In this document: positions 8,179 through 17,568 of the stretch, piece after piece
How positions within the stretch are numbered: position 1 is the stretch's first letter
How the letters are laid out: each line of letters opens with the position of its first letter
From: Candidatus Saccharibacteria bacterium UBA6224
GTDB taxonomy: Bacteria; Patescibacteriota; Saccharimonadia; Saccharimonadales; UBA4665
Direction of reading: 5' to 3'
DNA length: 64,000 nucleotides
Assembly (NCBI GenBank): GCA_002441585.1
Contig: DJWS01000008.1
Coordinates: 34,054 to 98,053, forward strand
Notes under the pieces: model-generated
What the model was told of the DNA's origin: nothing
What the model saw: the letters and a program-made list of their open reading frames with translations, nothing else
Database searches by the model: none
Made by a program: the position numbers and the translations under genes

Positions 8179-9060
8179 ATGGCACAAGTTAAGGCAAAGA
8201 AGTCGGATAGTACATCGAAGAAGATAATTGACGTGAAGCCGGATGGCGACGGGGCTGTCGGTAATTCCCGGTCCATCATCGTCAATAATCGGCCTATCTT
8301 GAAGGATCCGATGATGGCAGAAGTGAGTAAATTGACTGGCGGTGGAAGCGCCGAGCCAGAGGACAAACCGGCCGGTAAGGCCAGCGACAAAGCAGGTGAT
8401 GAAGACAGTGAGCGTGTGGTAGTGCGGCGCGAGAATAAAATCCAGCCGATAAACTCCAGCACCGAGTCCGCGGCTGAAGCTCCTGAAGACAAACCAGCGG
8501 ATGAAACCGATACGGCGGATGCCAAAGAAGAAGCAGCGCCAGACAAGGCGGCTGCCGATACCCCTGGTGCGCCCGATGTACCTGCCGATGAGACCAAGGA
8601 CGAGCCAGAAGCTGAGACCGAGACGGATACGAAGGACGAGTCGGACGAACAGCCCAGCGAAGATGACAAGCCGGCGGAACCAGAGGCGGCTGCCGATACG
8701 TCTGATGATACAGAAGCTCCCAAGGTAGACGAGAGTCCTGGCGGTGCACAAGCCGGGCGAAGTTTTGATGATACGCAGTCGGGTCAAGCCGAACCTGCCA
8801 ATATCGAGCCGGATGCGAAGGGCAAAAAGGAATCCGAAAAGCCTGATTATGGCCAACTGACTTCCGACCAGCAAAAGGCCGTCGAGACTGGCGAGTATTT
8901 CTTGCCAATCCAGACTGCCGAAGGTCGCCGGGTGCGGCGCGAGATACTGGCAGCGGCTTTATTCGTCCTGATACTTGTGATCGCATGGGTGGACATCATG
9001 CTCGATGCCGACCTTATAAAGATAGACGGCGTCCGTGCGCTGACCAATTTTTTCAAATAA
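8179..9060 (+). CDS. acidic low-complexity protein with C-terminal TM anchor (hypothetical)
   Basis: D/E/P/A-rich over ~200 aa, with a C-terminal helix ILAAALFVLILVIAWVDIML. The long antisense ORFs here are composition artefacts. Confidence 0.55.
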   Translation: MAQVKAKKSDSTSKKIIDVKPDGDGAVGNSRSIIVNNRPILKDPMMAEVSKLTGGGSAEPEDKPAGKASDKAGDEDSERVVVRRENKIQPINSSTESAAEAPEDKPADETDTADAKEEAAPDKAAADTPGAPDVPADETKDEPEAETETDTKDESDEQPSEDDKPAEPEAAADTSDDTEAPKVDESPGGAQAGRSFDDTQSGQAEPANIEPDAKGKKESEKPDYGQLTSDQQKAVETGEYFLPIQTAEGRRVRREILAAALFVLILVIAWVDIMLDADLIKIDGVRALTNFFK

Positions 9061-9112
9061 TCACGTAAAAACTACTCCAGTATTGGCGCTAGCTTTTTGG
9101 TAAAATAGCCAA

Positions 9113-11299
9113 GTGCAAGATTTATTAGTGGGGTTGAACCCGGAGCAACGCCGGGCTGTCGAGACGACCGAAGGGCCGCTCTTGATTCAGGCTGGTGCCG
9201 GGAGTGGCAAGACCAAGACATTGACACACCGCATTGCCCATATCATCGACAGCGGCAAGGCAACGCCCTATAACATCTTGGCCGTGACCTTCACGAACAA
9301 GGCAGCCAAAGAAATGCGTGCTCGGGTGGCCGAGCTGCTTGGCGAAAATGCCGACAATCGTAGTTTCATGCCTTTCATGGGAACATTCCACGGTATCTGT
9401 GTGCGTATGCTTCGCCAAGACGGCGAATACATCGGCATTCCCAAATCGTTCGTCATTTTCGATGAGTCCGATCGCCAGGCGGCCGTCAAGCAGGCCAGCA
9501 AACAACTAATGCTGGATGAAAAGAGTTTTCCGGCCAAGTCCTTATCCGGCATGATCAGTAGCGCCAAGAATGAAATGATGTCGCCTCAGGAATACGCCGG
9601 GACGGCCAATTCGCCAACCCAAAAAGCGGCCGCCCAAGTGTTTCCATTGTATGAAAGAGCGCTCAAGGATGCCGGGGCGTTAGATTTCGACGATCTTATT
9701 AGCCGCACAGTAGCCCTACTCAAATCATCGGACGAAGTGCGGACAAAGTGGCAGCGCCAATTCCGCTACATCATGATCGACGAATACCAGGACACTAACG
9801 AAGCCCAGTACCGACTAGTCAAGCTGCTAGTCAACGACAGCCGCAACATCGCCGTAGTCGGTGACGATTGGCAGTCGATTTATTCGTGGCGTGGTGCCGA
9901 TTTCCGTAATATCTTGAACTTCGAGCGCGATTACAAGGACTGCACGGTCATCAAGCTAGAACAAAATTATCGCAGTACCAAGCATATCCTGGATGCCGCG
10001 CACGCGGTCATCACCAAGAACCAACAGCGGAGTGACAAGCGATTATGGACGGCGGCGGGTGATGGTCTACCGGTCCAGCTACTGCAAGTGGCCAGCGAGC
10101 GAGTAGAAGGTGATGCCCTGATGCGGCGCATCAAGAACGGCGTCGATACCGGCCGGCGCCACTACCGCGAGTACGCGGTGTTGTACCGGACCAACGCGCA
10201 GAGTCGCAGTATCGAGGAGGCGTTCGTACACTACGGTATTCCTTACCGAGTGGTCGGTGGCGTGCGCTTTTATGATCGTAAGGAAATCAAGGACTTGGTC
10301 GCCTATCTGCGTTTGATTTTCCAGCCCGAGGACAGGGTGAGCTTCGAGCGTATAGTCAACGTGCCGGCCCGAGGGGTCGGTGCGAAAAGCCTGCTTAATT
10401 TCAACACTTGGCGGGCGTCGGAAAACCTGCAGTTGCAAACGGCCCTGACGCAAGCGGGTGATTGCCCAGGCCTGACGCCCAAGGCCAGGCAGGCACTGCT
10501 GGAGCTTGGCGACATGCTGCAGGCGCTCCGTGAGGTCATGTATGACACCAGTGTGTCGGGGTTGATCGATTCCTTGCTACGACGTATCGACTACCTGCGC
10601 TTTTTGGACGATGGCACGCCGCAGGGTGAGGCACGACAGGAAAACGTCAAGGAACTTTTGAGCGTTGCACAGGAATATCAAGACATGGGGCTTGAAGGAT
10701 TTTTGGAGGAAGTTGCTCTGGTCAGTGACCTGGATGGGGCTGACTTCAATGGCGACGCCGTGACACTCATGACCTTGCACGCTGCCAAAGGTTTGGAATT
10801 TCCGGTCGTGTTCATGGTTGGGCTGGAGGAAACTATCTTTCCGCACAGCCGAGCGCTGTACGACCAGTCTGAGATGGAGGAAGAGCGTCGGTTGTGCTAC
10901 GTTGGCATGACACGGGCTCGCGAGGAGCTGTACCTGACGTGTGCGACAGCTCGCATGTTATATGGCGGTGTCCAGCACAATCCTCCTTCACGATTCCTCA
11001 GCGAAATAAATGCTGATTTCGTGCAGACCAATCCGTTCGGCGAGGTCGGCCGCGGGTTGGATTACGGGTTTGGCAAATCCCAGACTTTGTTTGGTGGCGA
11101 TTCTCCTAGTCCCAGCGCGCCCACGAGTAACGAACCGCGCTACGTGCCCGAGCTTGATGAAGGCGACGCCGTACGACACCCACAGTTCGGCACAGGTACG
11201 GTAGTAGAAATAGACGGTGACAACGCCACCATCTATTTTCGTGGCAAAGGCACCCGCAAGCTCAATACTGCTTTCGCTCCTCTCGAAAAACTGTCTTGA
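9113..11299 (+). CDS. pcrA: ATP-dependent DNA helicase PcrA/UvrD
   Basis: Walker A AGAGSGKTKT, DEYQDTN, LEQNYRS, TLHAAKGLEFP, YVGMTRAR. GTG start lies 6 nt after TGGTAAAAT (9098-9106). Confidence 0.9.
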   Translation: MQDLLVGLNPEQRRAVETTEGPLLIQAGAGSGKTKTLTHRIAHIIDSGKATPYNILAVTFTNKAAKEMRARVAELLGENADNRSFMPFMGTFHGICVRMLRQDGEYIGIPKSFVIFDESDRQAAVKQASKQLMLDEKSFPAKSLSGMISSAKNEMMSPQEYAGTANSPTQKAAAQVFPLYERALKDAGALDFDDLISRTVALLKSSDEVRTKWQRQFRYIMIDEYQDTNEAQYRLVKLLVNDSRNIAVVGDDWQSIYSWRGADFRNILNFERDYKDCTVIKLEQNYRSTKHILDAAHAVITKNQQRSDKRLWTAAGDGLPVQLLQVASERVEGDALMRRIKNGVDTGRRHYREYAVLYRTNAQSRSIEEAFVHYGIPYRVVGGVRFYDRKEIKDLVAYLRLIFQPEDRVSFERIVNVPARGVGAKSLLNFNTWRASENLQLQTALTQAGDCPGLTPKARQALLELGDMLQALREVMYDTSVSGLIDSLLRRIDYLRFLDDGTPQGEARQENVKELLSVAQEYQDMGLEGFLEEVALVSDLDGADFNGDAVTLMTLHAAKGLEFPVVFMVGLEETIFPHSRALYDQSEMEEERRLCYVGMTRAREELYLTCATARMLYGGVQHNPPSRFLSEINADFVQTNPFGEVGRGLDYGFGKSQTLFGGDSPSPSAPTSNEPRYVPELDEGDAVRHPQFGTGTVVEIDGDNATIYFRGKGTRKLNTAFAPLEKLS
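11243..11292 (+). repeat. 50-bp direct repeat, copy 1 (inside pcrA 3' end)
   Basis: Identical to 11383-11432. Confidence 0.95.
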
Positions 11300-11382
11300 T
11301 CGGTAGGGAAAAGAGCAGCCCGACAAAAAGTCACGTCTTTTTGCCGGCGCGATGAGAAAAACCGCAGGTTTGTCTCATACTA

Positions 11383-11432
11383 GGCAAAGGCACCCGCAAG
11401 CTCAATACTGCTTTCGCTCCTCTCGAAAAACT
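11383..11432 (+). repeat. 50-bp direct repeat, copy 2 (intergenic, non-coding duplicate of pcrA 3' end)
   Basis: 50/50 identity with 11243-11292, checked base by base. Confidence 0.95.
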
Positions 11433-11474
11433 TTGAATTCACATCTGTTGACAATGGCTCATCACTGTCGGGTT

Positions 11475-11483
11475 TGGTATAAT
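11475..11483 (+). promoter_or_regulatory. extended -10 promoter TGGTATAAT upstream of the G5-domain gene
   Basis: Exact TGnTATAAT. A TTGACA sits at 11448-11453, but 24 nt upstream, so the spacing is non-canonical. Confidence 0.45.
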
Positions 11484-11548
11484 CACAATCGTTGCACTCG
11501 GACGCTACGCAATCATAACAGTGCGCGGCAAACGGTTGTCCATCTATC

Positions 11549-12781
11549 ATGAAACGCATTTTTCGCCGCACCAAGCGGTTCAGCCTCTCACCCAAAAGGA
11601 GCCGACTGGAGCATTTCCGCTTCTTGAGTCGGCATCCACTTGCAGTGCCGGTCGTCGTTCTGGTGACTTTGACGCTGGCAAGTCTGGTTAGTTATTTCTG
11701 GTTATTTCACAAAGAAGTTAGGCAGATAAATCCCGACAGTGCCTTCATCGTGATTATCTCGCATGACAAGGAAGTCGAAACCGTGCCCAGCCGTAAACAA
11801 ACGGTCGGCGAATTGCTGATAAAGCTCAACATAGGTCTTAACAAAGGTGATGTGGTCGAACCGGCGCCAAGCACTGAGATAGCGCAGGATGACTTCCGCA
11901 TCAACGTTTATCGTGCCGTGCCGGTTCAGGTAGTCGATGGCGCGCACAAGACATTCGCCTTCAGTGCTGCAACCACTCCGCGCAGTATCGCCACGCAAGT
12001 CGGTGCCAAATTGTATGCCGAAGATGATGTAGTCACAGAACCAGTCACTAATTTCTTGAGGCAGGGATCGATTGGCGAGCGGGTGCTAGTCGACCGTTCG
12101 GTTCCGATTCATCTGAATTTGTATGGTACCAAGCTAAGCTTGCGTACGCATGCCGATACGGTCGGTGAAGTGCTGGAACAAAAGGGCCTTAAGCTGGCCA
12201 GCGACGACCAGGTATTGCCGAAGCCTGACACTCCAATCACTCCTAATCTACCGATATTCGTAGCCAGAAAGGGTACGACACTGCAATCCGTCGTCGAGCC
12301 TATACCGATGCCAGTCAAGACCATCGATGACCCTAATCTGACATACGGTATCCGTGCTATTCGCCAGCAAGGCTCCCCCGGTAAACGAGTAGTCACTTAC
12401 CAGATCGACAAGGCGACAGGCCTGCGCAAGATAATTCAGCGGGTGACCATATCGCCGCCAGTAGAACAAATCGTCGTGATTGGTCAGAACTTGAGCGGTA
12501 GCCGAGGAGACGTAATCCGCGCCGGTATTGCCGCCAGCGATTACCCGTACGTCGATTACATCGTCAGCCGTGAGTCGCGTTGGAACCCGACTGCCATGAA
12601 TTCATCTTCGGGCGCGTACGGTTTGTGCCAGGCCTTGCCGGGCAGTAAGATGGCGACTGCTGGCAGTGACTGGCAGACCAATCCGATCACACAACTTAAG
12701 TGGTGTGACGGCTATGCGACGGGCCGCTACGGCAGCTGGTATGCCGCCTACCAACATTGGGTAAGTCACCATTGGTGGTAA
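11549..12781 (+). CDS. YabE/RpfB-like peptidoglycan-binding/lytic protein (TM, DUF348-like repeats, G5-like, lysozyme-like C-terminus)
   Basis: N-terminal TM. C-terminal SRESRWNPTAMNSSSGAYGLCQALPGSKM resembles the transglycosylase E-S...GL-Q motif. Lies upstream of rsmA, as yabE does in Bacillus. Confidence 0.65.
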   Translation: MKRIFRRTKRFSLSPKRSRLEHFRFLSRHPLAVPVVVLVTLTLASLVSYFWLFHKEVRQINPDSAFIVIISHDKEVETVPSRKQTVGELLIKLNIGLNKGDVVEPAPSTEIAQDDFRINVYRAVPVQVVDGAHKTFAFSAATTPRSIATQVGAKLYAEDDVVTEPVTNFLRQGSIGERVLVDRSVPIHLNLYGTKLSLRTHADTVGEVLEQKGLKLASDDQVLPKPDTPITPNLPIFVARKGTTLQSVVEPIPMPVKTIDDPNLTYGIRAIRQQGSPGKRVVTYQIDKATGLRKIIQRVTISPPVEQIVVIGQNLSGSRGDVIRAGIAASDYPYVDYIVSRESRWNPTAMNSSSGAYGLCQALPGSKMATAGSDWQTNPITQLKWCDGYATGRYGSWYAAYQHWVSHHWW

Positions 12782-12782
12782 G

Positions 12783-13571
12783 ATGCGTGACGATTTAACA
12801 CCCAAGAAATCGCTCGGACAGCACTGGCTGCACGACCCTGCTACATTGCACGCTATCTGCGATGCGGCAGAGATTATGCCAGGCGATACGGTTCTCGAGA
12901 TTGGTCCCGGACTTGGCACATTGACAGCGCTGCTTACCCGCGTCTCAGGGTCCGTCGTAGCGGTCGAGTTCGATGACAATTTGGCCGCGAATCTGCCAAG
13001 CATGGTAAAAGCTGCCAATTTGCAGGTGGTAAATCAGGACATCCTGAAGTTTGATCTGGGCAGCCTTCCGACAAATTACAAAGTGGTGGCCAACATCCCA
13101 TACTATCTGACCAGCAATCTTATACGTGTGCTGAGTGAGTCGAGCAATCCTCCGCGTGTCGCCGTGCTGCTGATCCAAAAGGAGGTCGCCTGGCGTGTCT
13201 GTGCCAAACCCGGCAATATGTCCATCTTAAGCGTGACAGCTCAATTTTATTGGGAAGCTAGCCTAGGCGTCGAAGTACCGGCCGAGCTGTTTACTCCGCC
13301 ACCAAAGGTAGACTCGCAAGTGCTGATATTGCGCTATCGCCAGCAACCGTTGTTCGAAGATGTCGATACCAAACAATTTTTCCGTCTAGTCAAAGCCGGC
13401 TTCAGCCAAAAGCGCAAAACGCTGGTCAACGCTCTGAGTGGTGGTTTGGCAATCAGTAAAGACGATGCCAAAAACCTACTCGACGCCGCCGGAATACCTC
13501 AATCTAGCCGAGCCCAGGCGCTAGGACTTATCGAGTGGTATTCGCTGTACCAAGCTAGCCAAAACGCTTAG
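12783..13571 (+). CDS. rsmA: 16S rRNA (adenine1518/1519-N6)-dimethyltransferase
   Basis: KKSLGQHWL, LEIGPGLGTLT, NIPYYLTS. Confidence 0.9.
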   Translation: MRDDLTPKKSLGQHWLHDPATLHAICDAAEIMPGDTVLEIGPGLGTLTALLTRVSGSVVAVEFDDNLAANLPSMVKAANLQVVNQDILKFDLGSLPTNYKVVANIPYYLTSNLIRVLSESSNPPRVAVLLIQKEVAWRVCAKPGNMSILSVTAQFYWEASLGVEVPAELFTPPPKVDSQVLILRYRQQPLFEDVDTKQFFRLVKAGFSQKRKTLVNALSGGLAISKDDAKNLLDAAGIPQSSRAQALGLIEWYSLYQASQNA

Positions 13572-13576
13572 GTTTA

Positions 13577-13585
13577 TGCTATAAT
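13577..13585 (+). promoter_or_regulatory. extended -10 promoter TGCTATAAT of ssrA
   Basis: Exact motif, 78 nt upstream of the mature tmRNA 5' end. Confidence 0.55.
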
Positions 13586-13662
13586 AGCAGTAATGTCGAG
13601 AGACATTACAGATGGCGCAGCATATTCATCCACCGAAATGTCTGTACATTACAGACATTTCG

Positions 13663-14054
13663 GGGGCTGAAATTATGCTCGACGTTGGACTTTATCGGTT
13701 AGATCAGCGGGTCGCTTGTCAGCGTATAGACATTTTCAATAGATGCAAAATCTACTGATCGCGAAAGTCTGATTGCTGAGTTGAGCCAAAAGCTCTTCCC
13801 ACAACAGGCCTACGCATTTGCAGCCTAATTTTAGACTGCAATGCCTGACGTGACTTCAGATAGCTGAATGGCATTTATATTTTCTGGATGCTCAGGTACT
13901 CCCATCCGTAGTACTTGCTAAGACCAGGATTGCTCGTGCGAAATGTTTGTTTGTTTCGATACTCGCACGCTAAGACTATAAAACGAACTATGCTCGTAGA
14001 CGACTAGCCAAGATAAACTGACGGACCCGGTTGCAATTACCGGCAGCTCCACCA
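13663..14054 (+). ncRNA. ssrA: tmRNA (SsrA), ~392 nt
   Basis: 5' GGGGCTGAAATTATGCTCGACG and 3' GACGGACCCGGTTGCAATTACCGGCAGCTCCACCA match the canonical tRNA-like domain, including the G3:U pair. The internal tag frame ends ...QQAYAFAA-TAA (stop 13826-13828). Confidence 0.9.
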
Positions 14055-14063
14055 AGAAGAATA

Positions 14064-14090
14064 CCCCAGCCGTTCGCTGGGGTTTTGTTC
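14064..14090. terminator. terminator after ssrA (also faces the convergent Zn-ribbon gene)
   Basis: CCCCAGC-CGTTC-GCTGGGG followed by TTTTGTTCTTGTTT. Confidence 0.7.
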
Positions 14091-14099
14091 TTGTTTGGC

Positions 14100-14483
14100 C
14101 TAGAAATCTAGTTGACTGAAGAACGTCGCATCAGTCGCCGTGAGCGTCATGGGAACGTCCTTCAGCTTGGCTAGCTGGTCCGGGACAACCCAACGATAAT
14201 TGCATCTGGTGCAGGCGTCAACCATCACGCCCGTGAAGTTGTAGTCGATGTAGTCCATCTTGGCCTCGCAGTGCGGGCAAATAATGCTGCGGTAGCGGTT
14301 GGTCGATGATTCCAGGTCGCTACCCTCGCGGGCTTCGATTTGTTGCATGATTTGGCCATCCTCGTTACTGAGATGGCCTTCGGCTATCAGGATGCCGTGT
14401 TTTTGTGGGCAGACATAGGTGTCCTCGACTGATGGATTCAGGTGATGACGGCAAACGGGGCAACGAAAATCTTCTACTTCCAT
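14100..14483 (-). CDS. zinc-ribbon protein (two CxxC pairs twice; TFIIB-type zf-like C-terminal module)
   Basis: CPVC...CPQKH and CPHC...CTRCNYRW. Start set to ATG 14483 (MEVEDF) because a TACAAT box (14490-14495, minus strand) lies inside the longer track ORF, 6 nt upstream. Confidence 0.6.
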   Translation of the reverse strand: MEVEDFRCPVCRHHLNPSVEDTYVCPQKHGILIAEGHLSNEDGQIMQQIEAREGSDLESSTNRYRSIICPHCEAKMDYIDYNFTGVMVDACTRCNYRWVVPDQLAKLKDVPMTLTATDATFFSQLDF

Positions 14484-14615
14484 GGCATCATTGTAGCGTA
14501 GTGTGGTAAGTGCTACCAATTCTAATGACAGCTACCTGGTTCGGTGTCCGGTTTCTTACTGCCCAAATGGCACTGCCGCATTACACTGCGGGATAGATTA
14601 ATGGAGGGAATGATT

Positions 14616-15062
14616 ATGCCAACAAGCAAACAGCATGAGACCAAATCACATTCAGCGACCAGGAGCCATCGGGCAGAGCCAGGCACGAAGGGTGGCGGTG
14701 ATTATTATCGAATTATCGTACGTCCTAGCTCACAGTTCCGATCTTTCAGGACGCAGGACGTTGGTGATCCTGGCGGAATACAGCGCGTCACCGGGCACAG
14801 GTCCAGCGGCTCGTGGGCGACGCAGGCCTGGCTTGTCAGCAAGAAATTTGCCCATGTCAGTGGCGATACTTTGGTTGCTGATGACTCTGATGCCAAGGAT
14901 CTGCTGAAGAGTTTAGGAAGCGAACCTGTTCACAAAAAAGGCGATGTGTTCGTTGCCAAGGATCGCAAGAACGTGGCTGAGAAGGATAAGCCGACGCCTG
15001 CCCAACGTCGTGCCCGGGCCAGTAATATCAAGAAGGCGCAAGCGGCACGCCACAAGAGCTAG
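14616..15062 (+). CDS. basic hypothetical protein
   Basis: GGAGGG lies 7 nt upstream of ATG 14616. Lys/Arg-rich termini. No family recognised. Confidence 0.5.
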   Translation: MPTSKQHETKSHSATRSHRAEPGTKGGGDYYRIIVRPSSQFRSFRTQDVGDPGGIQRVTGHRSSGSWATQAWLVSKKFAHVSGDTLVADDSDAKDLLKSLGSEPVHKKGDVFVAKDRKNVAEKDKPTPAQRRARASNIKKAQAARHKS

Positions 15063-15067
15063 ACCAA

Positions 15068-15418
15068 TTAGCGCGAGGGGTGTGGGTTGTTACGGTCTGG
15101 GCTGACATGGCCAGCCCACAAATCCCGGTAAGGTTCTAAATAAGCAGCGACATCATTCAGTGCTGTCGGTGATACCTGTACCAGTTGTTCCTTGCCGCGC
15201 CGGCGCTTAAGTATGAGGTTGGCTCGCTCGAGTACCTGCAAGTGTTTCGATATGGCAGCAAATGAAAGGTCGTAGGCCGCAGCGATTTCGGTGATGGTCA
15301 GTGCCCGCTGGGAGACCCGTGCCAATATGTCGCGACGGGTGTGGTCGGCCAGGGCGCCGAATGTCGAATCTAGCGGAGAGGAATCATATTCAACCATATA
15401 GTTGAACGATAGGTCCAT
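15068..15418 (-). CDS. ArsR/SmtB-family transcriptional regulator
   Basis: LADHTRRDILARV...LTITEIAAAYDLSFAAISKHLQVLERANLI is a typical ArsR wHTH. Confidence 0.8.
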   Translation of the reverse strand: MDLSFNYMVEYDSSPLDSTFGALADHTRRDILARVSQRALTITEIAAAYDLSFAAISKHLQVLERANLILKRRRGKEQLVQVSPTALNDVAAYLEPYRDLWAGHVSPDRNNPHPSR

Positions 15419-15437
15419 AGCTACCTGATGTCAAGCG

Positions 15438-16469
15438 CTAGCTCTTGTTTGGCATCAAGTGGACAACGAAGGTGGAGCCTTTGCCAGGTTTGCTGGTGAC
15501 GGTTATCTGGCCATTTTGCTGTTGGGCCAGCTTGGCGGCTAGCGCCAACCCCAGCCCATGGCCACTCACCCGCCGGGAGGTTCGAGAGGGATCGACACGA
15601 TAGAATCGGGTAAAGATGCGCGATAAGTCTTCAGCCGCGATGCCGACCCCCTGATCAGCTATACTCACCAGGACCTCCTTGCCTTGGCGCCTGGCCGTAA
15701 TACTGATCGTCGTATTGTCAGGGCTGTACTTTATGGCGTTGTCGAGTAGGATGGTGATGATTTGCTCCAGGCTGACGGGGTTAGCGTGAGCCCGGATGTC
15801 GCCTACCTTGTCCTCTATGACGATACGTTTGGTCTGGGCGCTACGGTAGAGCTTATCGATAGCTTCGCGAGTCACATCTGATAATGAAACCGAGCTTAGC
15901 GGGGGCGACTTCCCATCTTCACGCGCCAGGTGCAGCAGGCCTTCCGATAATCGTTGCAGCCGGGTGACTTCTTCAAGGTTGCTTTTTAGCAGCGCCTTGG
16001 AGCGGGCAAGGGTAAGCTTGGGATTGCGCAAGGCTACTTCGTTCTCGGTATGGATGGTAGCCAACGGAGTACGGAGCTCGTGCGACGCATCGGCCGCGAA
16101 TCGACTTTGCGCCTCCAGCGCCTCTTCGATGGGCTCCAGCGTCCGCCGTGCGAGTATGTAACTGATAAATGCACCCAGGATCAGGACGAACGCGTTTAGC
16201 GCCACCAGGCGTATTAGTAATTCATGCCTTCCGTCGCTGAGTCTATCCTGCAAATAATCGCGGAAGACATTGGAATCACGGATAGTCAGTTGGCTATAAG
16301 TACTGCCGGGTGGCAACTGCTGGCCAATCTCTTGGACTGAAGTGTGATAAGTTACCACACTGAAGCTGATGCTCATGGTCATGATGATAAGTAAATAAGA
16401 CGCGGCGAGTTGGATGGTGTGCGCATGTGGCCGTAAGTTTTGGCGGAGTTGTAAGATAATATCTGACAT
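15438..16469 (-). CDS. sensor histidine kinase (2 TM, HisKA, HATPase_c)
   Basis: H-box ADASHELRTPL, LDNAIKYSP, DQGVGI, GHGLGLA. Confidence 0.85.
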   Translation of the reverse strand: MSDIILQLRQNLRPHAHTIQLAASYLLIIMTMSISFSVVTYHTSVQEIGQQLPPGSTYSQLTIRDSNVFRDYLQDRLSDGRHELLIRLVALNAFVLILGAFISYILARRTLEPIEEALEAQSRFAADASHELRTPLATIHTENEVALRNPKLTLARSKALLKSNLEEVTRLQRLSEGLLHLAREDGKSPPLSSVSLSDVTREAIDKLYRSAQTKRIVIEDKVGDIRAHANPVSLEQIITILLDNAIKYSPDNTTISITARRQGKEVLVSIADQGVGIAAEDLSRIFTRFYRVDPSRTSRRVSGHGLGLALAAKLAQQQNGQITVTSKPGKGSTFVVHLMPNKS

Positions 16470-16471
16470 AC

Positions 16472-17149
16472 CTAAGCTTCTATCTTATAGCCAAACCCTC
16501 GGACAGTCCTGATAAGCGCCGGCCCGTTGAATGGTCGATCTACCTTGCTGCGCAAGTAGGTTATAAATACCTCGACATTATTAGGAAGAATGTCGGCGTC
16601 GAAGTTCCATACATGATGAATGATGTTTTGTTTGCTGAGCACCTTCCCCTTATTGCGCAGCAAGTATTCGAGCAGGGCAAATTCCTTGGCTGATAAATTG
16701 ATGGATTTGCCGGCCCGCTTGACCTCTTTGCTGACGGTGTCTAAGGAAAGGTCGTCGGCAATAAGGGTATTACCGACGCTATCGTGTGGTCGTCGCATCA
16801 AGGCACGGATACGAGCCAATAGCACTTCGAACGAAAATGGCTTAACCAGGTAGTCGTCTGCTCCCGCGTCTAGTCCAGCCACGACATCCCGGGGCTGATC
16901 CTTGGCGGTAAGCATAAGGATAGGGGTGTGATTGTTGTCCTGCCTGAGTTGCCGGCAAATAGAAAACCCGTCTACCCCGGGTAGCATTACGTCCAGGATG
17001 ATAAGGTCGTACTCTTCGTACAGGGCGCTATTGAGCCCCTCGTTTCCCTCGTATGCTACATCTACCACGAACGATTCTTGCTCCAACCCATCACGAATCG
17101 CATTAGCAATCTTATGCTCGTCCTCTATGACTAGTACTTTCATGGGCAA
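16472..17149 (-). CDS. OmpR-family response regulator
   Basis: Receiver domain (VLVIEDE...DLIILDVMLPG...LTAK) plus a winged-helix C-terminus (VRGFGYKI). Confidence 0.9.
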   Translation of the reverse strand: MPMKVLVIEDEHKIANAIRDGLEQESFVVDVAYEGNEGLNSALYEEYDLIILDVMLPGVDGFSICRQLRQDNNHTPILMLTAKDQPRDVVAGLDAGADDYLVKPFSFEVLLARIRALMRRPHDSVGNTLIADDLSLDTVSKEVKRAGKSINLSAKEFALLEYLLRNKGKVLSKQNIIHHVWNFDADILPNNVEVFITYLRSKVDRPFNGPALIRTVRGFGYKIEA

Positions 17150-17217
17150 ACTCTACGACTCCAAGCTTAAATTTGGTTGAAAATACCAACACTACCACTG
17201 TACCACTACTGCAATAC

Positions 17218-17250
17218 CAAAACTCACGGCTGGCGCGCCGTGAGTTTTTA
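17218..17250. terminator. bidirectional hairpin terminator
   Basis: AAAACTCACGGC...GCCGTGAGTTTT, with A/T runs on both sides. Confidence 0.65.
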
Positions 17251-17264
17251 GGGCAAGTATTTGC

Positions 17265-17534
17265 CTAGTAGCCGGGTTGGAGTCCTCCACCCTGGCCCGG
17301 CCACAGATATTGGACGAATCGTTTGCCGCTTAGACTGAGTTCAATAAGTGGCCCATAGGCGGTCTGTTGTGTTAGCCGGACCAGGCCGCGGTGCTGCAAT
17401 GACGATATGATATGTATGATTCTCCGCCTGGCAATGTGAAGCGAATTGGCCAGGTTATCGAAATCCTCTTGGCCGCTCTCATCAATCTGCTGCAGGACCA
17501 GGGCGTATTCCTCGGGTATGTTTACTGATTTCAT
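17265..17534 (-). CDS. small winged-helix (MarR-like) protein
   Basis: Start at MKSVNIPEE (ATG 17534), preceded by GAGAGGAG. LANSLHIARRRIIHIISSLQHRGLV looks like a recognition helix. Confidence 0.55.
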   Translation of the reverse strand: MKSVNIPEEYALVLQQIDESGQEDFDNLANSLHIARRRIIHIISSLQHRGLVRLTQQTAYGPLIELSLSGKRFVQYLWPGQGGGLQPGY

Positions 17535-17568
17535 AACAACTCCTCTCATTTTTGTTACGTGATGCTCC

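Noticed and set aside
8148-8986. Three long minus-strand ORFs (191, 233 and 230 aa) overlapping 8179-9060
   Set aside because: They are produced by the GA/GC-rich low-complexity sequence. Only the plus-strand frame starts right after tpiA and ends in a TM anchor.
11243-11432. The 50-bp repeat pair as a DGR variable/template repeat (VR at a gene's 3' end plus a nearby TR)
   Set aside because: The copies are 100% identical, with no adenine-specific mismatches. They are only 50 bp long, and no reverse transcriptase or accessory gene is present in the window.
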